In this document: positions 19,089-27,230 of the stretch, one piece after another | Numbering within the stretch: position 1 is the first letter of the stretch | How the letters are laid out: each line of letters starts with the position of its first letter | Notes under the pieces: generated by a model | What the model was told of the DNA's origin: nothing | What the model saw: only the letters and a program-made list of their open reading frames with translations | Databases searched by the model: none | Made by a program: the position numbers and the translations under genes | Assembly (NCBI GenBank): GCA_947627975.1 | Contig: CANQYB010000011.1 | Coordinates: 3,762-35,761 of the forward strand | From: an uncultured Bacilli bacterium | GTDB taxonomy: Bacteria > Bacillota_I > Bacilli_A > RF39 > UBA660 | Reading direction: 5' to 3' | DNA: 32,000 nt

Positions 19089-19499
19089 TCACCTAATATG
19101 CGCTACTAAAGAATAAATTTCTTCATTTATTAAATTCTTATCAATTTTCTTACATGTAATAATAATTTGACAATTATTAGGCAAATCTAAAGTTCCAATT
19201 TTATGATATTTTATTATATCCATAAATTTAATTTGTTCTTTAATTGAAATATCAGTTATATTTTCAATAATTAAATAGTTACTAATATCATTTTCTCTCT
19301 TTTTTACATTTAAATACCAACTTGGTGGCATAAAAGTACGATTATTAAAATAACCATTTAAATTACTGAGATCAATATCAGCTTTAATAATTGTACCAAT
19401 ATCTTTAAAAATATTTTCAGGTAAATCTTCAACTAAAATGGGAATTTCTTTAACTTTTAAATATTCGCTGATTAAAGATAATTTATCTTTGTTTATCAT
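19089..19499 (-). CDS. Small P-loop-less AAA+-like protein, paralogous to the core of the upstream ATPase
   Basis: MPPSWYLNV...YLIIENITDISIKEQ...DLPNNCQIIITCKK...IYSLVAHI aligns by eye with APPWYQRLV...ILFLDELTNASLNMQ...ELPKNCRVVAAGNE...LFNRFAHV of the 628-aa ATPase. There is no GxxxxGK[ST] and Walker B DE is replaced by EN. A 4-nt ATGA overlap joins it to the upstream gene. Confidence 0.6.
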   Translation of the reverse strand: MINKDKLSLISEYLKVKEIPILVEDLPENIFKDIGTIIKADIDLSNLNGYFNNRTFMPPSWYLNVKKRENDISNYLIIENITDISIKEQIKFMDIIKYHKIGTLDLPNNCQIIITCKKIDKNLINEEIYSLVAHIR

Positions 19500-21382
19500 A
19501 TTCTTGCTCCTTTCTTTGATTCTGACATTCTAAATTCCGCAATTTTTTCTAATCTTTTTTCATCATCACGACACCACAAAGTATCAAATAAAGCAAGGAA
19601 TTCCGGGTCTAAATTTGCAACAAAGTTTCTAATTATCTTAACATTTTTTTCATCAACAAATGATAATCCAACAACTGTAGCATGTTTTTCACTGATATCC
19701 ATTTCTAAATTAGATTCATTATAATTATTATTTATAACATCTTCTATAGTTATAATTTTTTTACTGCAAAACTCTACAAAATCGCTAGTTAATTCATTTC
19801 CAACTAATGATCTTAACATTTCTGGATTTTTAGTTTTATATAAAATTTTAGAAGCCATTTCCCATTTTCTAGGATCAGCATTTGGTGTTTCACCATTATA
19901 CTCGCTGCGTAAAGCATTTTCTCTTTTATAGGAAATAAAAGCTAAAATTGAAGGATGAATTTTAGGTAGGTTTTCATCTTCCTTATAAGTTAAACTTTTA
20001 TAATCTTTTGCTGGAGTCACAGCCCAATTAAGCCATGATTCAACTGTTGTTTCTATATAAACATGTGCAAAACGATTAAATAAAGGTTCAGCTATTTCAG
20101 ATGCTGCTTTACTATCGTTTATTTCATTTCCAGCAGCTACTACCCTACAATTTTTAGGCAGTTCAAAAAAATCGTTCACTTTACGATCTAATGCAATACT
20201 ATATCCATATTTTTGCATATTTAATGAAGCATTTGTAAGTTCATCTAAAAATAATATATGTATTTTATTAGGCTCTTTTTCACATTTATCAACTAATCTT
20301 TGATACCAAGGCGGAGCAATATATTCAACTTTTTTTTCATCATTATTTTTTAAAGCCATTCCAATTAATAATTCGGGAGATAAAGTTCCTATTGAAACAA
20401 TTTCACAATCAGGATCTATTTGTCTTACTCTAGCACTTTTTCCATCACCTGATTTACCATGGATAAAAACTGCAACTCCACTTTCGACAGATCCTTTAAT
20501 AATATCTTCTTCACTTACCATATCAAATGTAAAATTATAAGGATTTGGTATTTTATAATTCTCTTTATTTTCCAAATTTGTTTTTTTATAAGTATTATTT
20601 AAATTTAAATCTTTAGTAAGATATATATCCATATAATTATACATATTAGTTAATGAAAAATTTCCTGTATAATTACTTACTTGATTAAATTGAACACCTG
20701 CACATATTATGTTCTTACAAACGGCTATATTATCTTTCTTACTGGATAGCCATTTAACTGGTTCATACTTTATCCAAACATAATCTCCATCTTTATAACT
20801 ATTTCCATCAGAAAGTTTAAAATAATCACCATCAAAAGAAGAATTAACTTTAACTCTAACAAAGCTTTCCCCATTATATTCATATCTAATTAATTGTTCT
20901 GGTTTAAAATCTGTATTATAAACATTATATTTTTGAGTATCAATAGTTGGCCCTGGCAAAGTTGAAATACTTAATTTACCTTTTTTAAATAGTCTTTCTA
21001 ATTCTCTTTGATTTTTAGCGACACTTTGAGGATATTCTCCATATTCTATTTCATCATTAATTCCTCTCACTCTGTTCGAGGAGATTCTTGATATTTCTGA
21101 GAACGGTAAAGCTGGGCGACACCCAACATAGCGTAAATAAACATCATACCAGATCTTATCACCATCATCATCAACGACGCGGACATCATTAGATCCATCA
21201 TCAGTTTTAGTCCAATACCATCCAGTTCTATTTTTTAAATGATTTCCTTCATTTGTATAATTATCAGATACATAGCCACCTAAACAAATTGCAAAATCTG
21301 ATATTGCAGCTCTAGTACCATATTTTTCAAATATATCTAAACTATCAACTTGATCCATTTCTAATAAAGTTAATTTACTCAT
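19496..21382 (-). CDS. AAA+ ATPase (MoxR/AAA_5-like core, residues ~300-445) with a ~300-aa N-terminal non-ATPase module and a helical C-terminal domain
   Basis: Walker A HGKSGDGKS (20435..20458), Walker B ILFLDE, sensor-1 VVAAGN and Arg in LFNRF. The lid region carries IHPSILAFI...DPRKWEMAS. The N-module has the WYWTKT...VGCRPAL and YGEYPQ...EPVKWL motifs. Confidence 0.8.
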   Translation of the reverse strand: MSKLTLLEMDQVDSLDIFEKYGTRAAISDFAICLGGYVSDNYTNEGNHLKNRTGWYWTKTDDGSNDVRVVDDDGDKIWYDVYLRYVGCRPALPFSEISRISSNRVRGINDEIEYGEYPQSVAKNQRELERLFKKGKLSISTLPGPTIDTQKYNVYNTDFKPEQLIRYEYNGESFVRVKVNSSFDGDYFKLSDGNSYKDGDYVWIKYEPVKWLSSKKDNIAVCKNIICAGVQFNQVSNYTGNFSLTNMYNYMDIYLTKDLNLNNTYKKTNLENKENYKIPNPYNFTFDMVSEEDIIKGSVESGVAVFIHGKSGDGKSARVRQIDPDCEIVSIGTLSPELLIGMALKNNDEKKVEYIAPPWYQRLVDKCEKEPNKIHILFLDELTNASLNMQKYGYSIALDRKVNDFFELPKNCRVVAAGNEINDSKAASEIAEPLFNRFAHVYIETTVESWLNWAVTPAKDYKSLTYKEDENLPKIHPSILAFISYKRENALRSEYNGETPNADPRKWEMASKILYKTKNPEMLRSLVGNELTSDFVEFCSKKIITIEDVINNNYNESNLEMDISEKHATVVGLSFVDEKNVKIIRNFVANLDPEFLALFDTLWCRDDEKRLEKIAEFRMSESKKGARI

Positions 21383-21396
21383 AACTTATCACCATT

Positions 21397-22153
21397 TTAA
21401 TTATAACATTTAAAAATACTAATACAAATTTTATTATTACTTTTTGTAAAGTAAGGGTAAACTATTTTTTTAAAATTATTTTCTTTAGTAATTTTAATAT
21501 GATTATAAAAAGTATTATTTCTAATATTGATGTATTCTTCATAAACTTTATCTTTATATTTAATTTATTTAAAGTTTTAATATGTTTTTTCATCCTAATT
21601 TTCGATGACGCTCATAATTTCAGTTAAAGTAATATTATAGCCTAAAAAATCAATACCATTGGATACTTTACCAATTTAAGTTTTTTGATTTAACTCTAAA
21701 TTTAAAACATTTTTTAATTTTTGCTGTATTTCTCTTTTACAAAATTGTAAATATTTTTTATACTACAAATTATATATTTTTAACTTTTTTTTATAAATAT
21801 TTCAATATTGTTTAAATAAAATAAAGCAAACCATTGACTACTTTGGTTCCCTAGAGGAAAACCTATTTTCATCTGTTTAGGTTGTTCTTTAATTAATTTT
21901 TTAATAAACCACATTTCATCTTCAGTAAAGTTAATTTTTTTTAATAAATTAATTAAAATTTCATGATTTATACTATTAAAATATTTTTTAATGTTACACT
22001 TTAAAAAATAAATATTATTATTTTTTTGTTTTAAAAATTTTCTTTAATCTTTTTATTCCAAAAGAAGTTCCTTTGTTTTTACGACAAGCAAACATTATCA
22101 TATATTAATTTTTTTCAATTTTATTTTTTAAAACTTAATAAAAAGTTTTTCAA
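21397..22153 (-). pseudogene. Decayed DGR-type reverse transcriptase
   Basis: The longest open stretch reads NNIYFLKCNIKKYFNSINHEILINLLKK...KIGFPLGNQSSQWFALFYLNNIEIFIKK. The LGxxxSQ motif is at 21834..21854. Downstream fragments read REIQQKLKNVLNLELNQKT*IGKVSNGIDFLGYNI (GIDFLGY at 21637..21657, in-frame TAA at 21676..21678). The N-terminal fragment ACRKNKGTSFGIKRLKK is in another frame, with a shift in the run of seven T (A7 on the minus strand) at 22021..22027. About 85 aa of the fingers region and the YxDD box are missing. Confidence 0.7.
21400..21428 (-). promoter_or_regulatory. Candidate extended -10 promoter for the ATPase/VWA operon
   Basis: The minus strand reads TTTGTA-N17-TATAAT with TGT immediately upstream (TGTTATAAT), about 18 nt before the GGTGAT RBS of the ATPase gene. 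It is embedded in the tail of the RT relic. Confidence 0.3.
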
Positions 22154-22187
22154 CTTAATATCCTAACTTTTTTTTTAAATCTTTTAT

Positions 22188-22446
22188 CATCACTTTTTTT
22201 CCATGCTGAAATTAAATTGAATTTTATTATTAGAATTACTTAAACTTATAAAATTTGCTTGCAATAAAAATTCTAAAGTAACTAAACAATAATTTTGCAT
22301 GCGATTAACAAATACTCCCTAAATTTTTTGGGAGATTTTTCTATAATTGCAATAACATATGCTCCTAATTTTTTAACAACTGTTATAAGCATTAAATTAT
22401 TAGAATTAAAAGGTATTTTCGATATTACATCTACATCACTATCAAT
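22188..22446 (-). pseudogene. Decayed Avd-like four-helix-bundle accessory gene (tentative)
   Basis: An open 54-codon stretch ...LMLITVVKKLGAYVIAIIEKSPKKFREYLLIACKIIV* continues after a frameshift as VTLEFLLQANFI.... The pattern (y..i....PKkfr..L...i) resembles Avd and 23S-IVS four-helix-bundle proteins. It lies just upstream of the RT relic, as in avd-RT cassettes. Confidence 0.4.
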
Positions 22447-22666
22447 TTTTTACATCTCTTAATACTTTTTCATAATCTCCAATATATTCAATTTCTTCAG
22501 GAATAATTATTTCCTTAATTAATTTATTTTTTTATAACTATAAGTTTATTATCTTCAATTATTAAATTTTCGTCCATAAAAAGTCCCCTTTTGATGACGC
22601 TTGTTATACAAATTAAATGTTATTTTGTCAAATATAACATAATATAATAAAATAGGAGGCTTGTAC

Positions 22667-23020
22667 ATGAATCCATTTCCCCCAAATATTGATCCACAAA
22701 CTTTTTCTATAACAGCCGTTCTTGTTGGAATAGCCTCTATTGGCGATTATACTGCCAATGAATTAGATTCTATATCTAACTGGCTATTTTTAGTTGCCCA
22801 GTATATAGAAACTGTTTCCGTTCAACAAACATTAATAGAAGGTAGAATGGATAAAAATAACATAAATATTAATAGTAAAAAATATAAATCAGGAGGAAGT
22901 CCATATACAAGTTATCATAATAAAAGTAATCAATATACAAGAGATGAATTAGAATTATTAATTGATGCAGTTTCTAAAATGCAAAGAGAATTAGAAAATT
23001 TAAAAAGAAATAGAAATTAA
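22667..23020 (+). CDS. Hypothetical small protein (hydrophobic N-half, coiled-coil-like C-terminus)
   Basis: An AGGAGG RBS lies 7 nt before the ATG at 22667; the track's TTG at 22661 is too close to the RBS. The family is not recognised with confidence. Confidence 0.55.
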   Translation: MNPFPPNIDPQTFSITAVLVGIASIGDYTANELDSISNWLFLVAQYIETVSVQQTLIEGRMDKNNININSKKYKSGGSPYTSYHNKSNQYTRDELELLIDAVSKMQRELENLKRNRN

Positions 23021-23031
23021 AAAAGGAAGAA

Positions 23032-25368
23032 TTAATCTTCCCAATTCCAATTAATAATTTCATCCATATCAATTCCATTTTCTTTTATATATTCATTATG
23101 TTCAATTAATTTATCTTTACAATATTGAACAACTTCACTTCTTTTATCACCTAACATATCTAAATGTTTTAGAGAAAGTAATACTAAATTAAAACGATCA
23201 ATTTTATTTTTTACTCTCATATCAAATGGCGTAGTTATTGTTCCTTCCTCAATATATCCTCTTACATGTAAATTAGTGTTTATTCTTTTATGAGTAAGTT
23301 GATGAATTAAATCAGGATAACCATGAAAAGCAAAAATAATAGGTTTGTCTTTTGTAAAAATTAAATTATATTCTGTATCTGAAAGTCCATGTGGATGTTC
23401 ATCTTCTGATTGTAATTTCATTAAATCTACAACATTAACAAAGCGAATTTTTAAATTCTTAAAAAAATTCCTTAAAATTTTCGTAGCAGCTAATGCTTCT
23501 AATGTTGGTGTATCTCCAGCACAAGCCATAACTAAATCTGGTTCAGAAAAACTATCATTGCTTGCCCAAGACCAAATACCAATTCCTTGAGTACAATGCT
23601 TAACTGCCTGTTCAATTGACAACCATTGTTTACTCGGATGTTTTGAAGCTGTAATAATATTAATATAGTTTTTAGTATGCATACAATGATCAAAACAAGA
23701 AAGTAAACAATTTGCATCAGGGGGTAAATACATTCGAACTATACTTGCTTTTTTTGATACTAAATGATTCATAAATCCTGGATCTTGATGGGTAAAGCCA
23801 TTATGATCTTGTTGCCAAACATGAGAAGATAAAACATAATTTAATGAAGATATATCAGCTCGCCAAGAAAGTTCGTTACAAATTTTTAACCATTTTGCAT
23901 GTTGAGAAGCCATTGAGTCAACTATTCTTATAAAAGCCTCATAACAATTAAAGAAACCATGTCTACCCGTCAAAATATATCCTTCTAATAATCCTTGACA
24001 AATATGTTCTGAAAGAATTGAATCAATAACTCTACCATCATTACTTAAAAACTCATCATTATCTAAAGTTTTTGTATTCCACTGTCTATTTGTCACTTCA
24101 AAAATATCATTTAATCTATTTGATAATGTTTCATCAGGAGCAAAAATTCTAAAATTTCTTTTTTCTTCATTAAGTTTTACTAAATCTCTAACATAAGAGC
24201 CCAAAACTTTCATATCTTGAGCTATAACTTTTCCCGGTTTAGAAACTAAAACAGCATATTTTTTATAATCAGGAAAAGCTAAATCTTTTAATAATTTTCC
24301 CCCATTGGCGTTTAAATTTGCTGATATTCTTCTACTTTTTTTAGGAATTATACTTAAAATATTATCATTTAATTTACCATTTTCATCAAATAATTCTTCT
24401 GGGCGATAACTTTTTAACCAATCCTCTAATTTTTTTAATGAATTTTCATCTTTAATTTCTAAAGGAACTTGATGTGCTTTAAAAGTTCCCTCAACATCTT
24501 TAGGTCCTGTCCAACCTTTTTTGGTAATTAATATTATCATTGGCCACATGGGTCTTGACATATCATTTTCATCTCTTGCCTTTTTCCAAATATTTTTTAT
24601 ATCTTCTATAACATTATCCATTGTACTTGCCATTATTTTGTGCAAAAATTCAATAGATGAGCCTTCAACAAAATATGGTTTATAACCACATCCTGTAAAA
24701 TAAGAAGTAAGTTCACTTTTACTTATTCTAGAAAAAATAGTTGGATTTGCAATTTTATAACCATTTAAATGCATAATAGGAATTACAGCGCCATCATTTA
24801 CAGGATTAATTATTTTATTAATTTGCAAAGAAGCAGCCAAAGGTCCAGTCTCTGCCTCACCATCTCCTATAACACATGTTGCTATTAAATCTTTGTTATC
24901 TAATACAGCTCCATATGCATGTGCAAGACTATATCCTAATTCTCCACCTTCATTTATTGATCCAGGTGTTTCAGGTGCAGCATGTGATGGTATTCCTCCT
25001 GGAAAAGAAAACTGTTTAAATAATTTTTTCAATCCTTCTTCATCTTGTGTTATGTTAGGATAAATTTCAGAATAAGTTCCTTCTAAATAACTATTTGCCA
25101 CAAAAAAATTGCCACCATGGCCAGGTCCACAAACATAAATCATGTTTAAATCATATTTTTTCACCACTCTATTTAAATGCGCATAAATAAAATTTTGGCC
25201 TGGTACTGTTCCCCAGTGTCCAACTATTTTTTTCTTTATATCACTCATTTGTAATGGCCTTTTTAAAAGAGGATTATCTAGTAAGTAAAGTTGACATGCA
25301 GATAAATAATTTGCAGCTCTAAAATACTGATCTAAATTTTCTAAAATATTTTGATTTTCATTATTCAT
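23032..25368 (-). CDS. xfp: Xylulose-5-phosphate/fructose-6-phosphate phosphoketolase
   Basis: 778 aa with [32 protein letters not shown] and GDGEAETGP, the typical XFP signatures. Confidence 0.95.
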   Translation of the reverse strand: MNNENQNILENLDQYFRAANYLSACQLYLLDNPLLKRPLQMSDIKKKIVGHWGTVPGQNFIYAHLNRVVKKYDLNMIYVCGPGHGGNFFVANSYLEGTYSEIYPNITQDEEGLKKLFKQFSFPGGIPSHAAPETPGSINEGGELGYSLAHAYGAVLDNKDLIATCVIGDGEAETGPLAASLQINKIINPVNDGAVIPIMHLNGYKIANPTIFSRISKSELTSYFTGCGYKPYFVEGSSIEFLHKIMASTMDNVIEDIKNIWKKARDENDMSRPMWPMIILITKKGWTGPKDVEGTFKAHQVPLEIKDENSLKKLEDWLKSYRPEELFDENGKLNDNILSIIPKKSRRISANLNANGGKLLKDLAFPDYKKYAVLVSKPGKVIAQDMKVLGSYVRDLVKLNEEKRNFRIFAPDETLSNRLNDIFEVTNRQWNTKTLDNDEFLSNDGRVIDSILSEHICQGLLEGYILTGRHGFFNCYEAFIRIVDSMASQHAKWLKICNELSWRADISSLNYVLSSHVWQQDHNGFTHQDPGFMNHLVSKKASIVRMYLPPDANCLLSCFDHCMHTKNYINIITASKHPSKQWLSIEQAVKHCTQGIGIWSWASNDSFSEPDLVMACAGDTPTLEALAATKILRNFFKNLKIRFVNVVDLMKLQSEDEHPHGLSDTEYNLIFTKDKPIIFAFHGYPDLIHQLTHKRINTNLHVRGYIEEGTITTPFDMRVKNKIDRFNLVLLSLKHLDMLGDKRSEVVQYCKDKLIEHNEYIKENGIDMDEIINWNWED

Positions 25369-25386
25369 TTTATACCCTCTATTCTA

Positions 25387-26616
25387 TTAATATTTTAACC
25401 TTTTATACTTTTTTTTTAAATATTTTTTTGTAAATTTTTTTAAATTTGACAAAATAAATAATGTAAATAATAGAATTAAAAATAAAATTATAATTGTTAA
25501 AAATTTATTTCCCTTAATCCATTTAGCTATACTAAAAGTTAAACTTTCTTTTAAATAAGCATCTAATTTACCAACTAAATTATTATTGACATAAATGTTT
25601 ATTTTTCCTAATTTAGTATTTTTAGGAATTGATGGAGTAATAATTTTTTTACCTTTATAAATATATTTTACATTACTATTATTTTTATTTACATATTTTT
25701 TCAAGTTTTGATTTACAGTAATTTCAGCAAATTTTTCTTTAGCATATTTTGTTGGCAGTTTTAAAATTACATTATTTTTTTTGGCAATAATTTTATATTC
25801 ATAGTTATTTAAATAATATTCATATATTGTAAAAGCATCGTAAAAATTATAATATGCCTTATAATCAAAAGGAGTATTGGTAGTCACTAATAATAAATTA
25901 ACATTATTTTTTTTGACTATAGAGGCTAAAGCATAACCAGCTTTTTTAGTAGTTCCAGTTTTTCCGGCAATCATATAATTTTTTTTAGATATGCTTTTAT
26001 ATTTATTTAAAGTATTGTTTTTTAACAATACACCATTATTAGTATAATAATATTTAGATGTAATTATTTTTTTAAATATTTTATTTTCAATTGCATATTT
26101 AAAAAGTAAAGAAACATCATTTACTGTTGAAAAATGATTATCTTCATCATAACCAATTGGATTGGTAAAAGAAGAATTTTTCATACCAATTTTTTTAGAT
26201 AAATTATTCATTTTTTCTATAAATTCATCATATGAAGAAAAAGTATTATTTGCAAGTGCAAGTGCACACTCAGCTCCAGATGGAAATAATAATCCATAAA
26301 GTAAATCTTCATAAGTTAATTTATCCCCTATTTTAAATCCAGCTGTAGCAAGATTTAATTCTTCCACTTTAGCAAAATCTTTAGAGCTTAAAGTTAGATA
26401 TTTATTTAAATCTTTTTGATTTTCAATAACTGTCATTGCCGTTAATACTTTTGTAATACTTGCTATTGCTACTTTTTCATCTTTATTTTTTTCGTAAAGT
26501 ATTTCGTTATCATTTAAATTATAAAGTAATACATTATTTGATTTTAAATTAAAATTTTCAGCTTTGCAAAAAATAGGAAAAAATAATATAATTAAAATTA
26601 AAAATATTTTTTTCAT
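25387..26616 (-). CDS. Serine-type D-Ala-D-Ala carboxypeptidase (peptidase S11, PBP5/DacB/DacF-like) with C-terminal membrane anchor
   Basis: Signal peptide, SxxK (ASITKV), KTG (AGKTGTT) and a C-terminal TM helix. The second box reads PSGAE instead of SGND (see findings). Confidence 0.8.
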   Translation of the reverse strand: MKKIFLILIILFFPIFCKAENFNLKSNNVLLYNLNDNEILYEKNKDEKVAIASITKVLTAMTVIENQKDLNKYLTLSSKDFAKVEELNLATAGFKIGDKLTYEDLLYGLLFPSGAECALALANNTFSSYDEFIEKMNNLSKKIGMKNSSFTNPIGYDEDNHFSTVNDVSLLFKYAIENKIFKKIITSKYYYTNNGVLLKNNTLNKYKSISKKNYMIAGKTGTTKKAGYALASIVKKNNVNLLLVTTNTPFDYKAYYNFYDAFTIYEYYLNNYEYKIIAKKNNVILKLPTKYAKEKFAEITVNQNLKKYVNKNNSNVKYIYKGKKIITPSIPKNTKLGKINIYVNNNLVGKLDAYLKESLTFSIAKWIKGNKFLTIIILFLILLFTLFILSNLKKFTKKYLKKKYKRLKY

Positions 26617-27122
26617 TTTATTTTTCCTTTAGTTTGTTTTAATATTTCTTTTTGATTTTTAATTATCAAATCTAATTGATCATGTAACTCCTCTAAGATT
26701 AATTCACTTTTCAAATCAGTTTTATAATCATTTTTACTTCTTAAACTATCTTTTTTACTTTCTCTATTTTGACTCATCATAATTATAGGAGCTTGTAAAG
26801 CTGAAATACAAGAAAGTAATAAATTAAGAAGTATAAAAGGATATGGATCTATTTTTTTTATTAAAAAAACATTTAAAATCATCCAAGTTATTATAAATAA
26901 TGAAAATATAATTATAAATTCCCAACTACCAACAATATTTGTTATTTTATCAGCTAATTTATCTTTCCAGGTTGCTTTTTCCTTATCTAGTTTATCTACA
27001 TCTACTGCAATTGAATTATCAATTAATAAATCAATTAAATCATTTTCATTATCTAAAGATATATTTTGATTAAGCAACATTTTTACTATATCTTTTTTTG
27101 TTTTCTTTTCTATTTTACTCAT
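26613..27122 (-). CDS. DUF1003-domain membrane protein
   Basis: ADKITNIVGSWEFIIIF...DPYPFILLNLLLS...QAPIIMMSQNR is the DUF1003 core. ATGA overlap with the downstream gene. Confidence 0.8.
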   Translation of the reverse strand: MSKIEKKTKKDIVKMLLNQNISLDNENDLIDLLIDNSIAVDVDKLDKEKATWKDKLADKITNIVGSWEFIIIFSLFIITWMILNVFLIKKIDPYPFILLNLLLSCISALQAPIIMMSQNRESKKDSLRSKNDYKTDLKSELILEELHDQLDLIIKNQKEILKQTKGKIK

Positions 27123-27230
27123 AATATAACCTCTTTAAAATTTAATTATAACTTTATTATGTCTATTATATTTATAATTATAGCACATAAATATTTTTAT
27201 AAAAATAAAAATAAAAGACAATATAATCTT

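Noticed and set aside
21397-22153. RT relic as a group II intron or retron RT
   Set aside because: Motif 4 reads LGNQSSQ (SQ, not QGxxxSP). No maturase/En domain remnants and no intron domain V/VI-like RNA or msr/msd-like structure are visible. An avd-like relic lies upstream.
20498-22600. An intact TR/VR pair (adenine-specific mismatches) linking the DGR relic to the ATPase N-module or another nearby gene
   Set aside because: I could not find any repeat of 40 nt or more by eye. The GC-containing stretch at 21170..21185 (aacgacgcgg) resembles the GATGACGCT motif only partly, and its mismatches are not restricted to adenines. A computational repeat search is still needed.
21383-22660. The ORF-free 1.3 kb as a large non-coding RNA, a CRISPR leader/array or a pure regulatory region
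   Set aside because: There are no spaced direct repeats. Minus-strand translation gives recognisable RT and four-helix-bundle fragments, so decayed coding sequence explains it.
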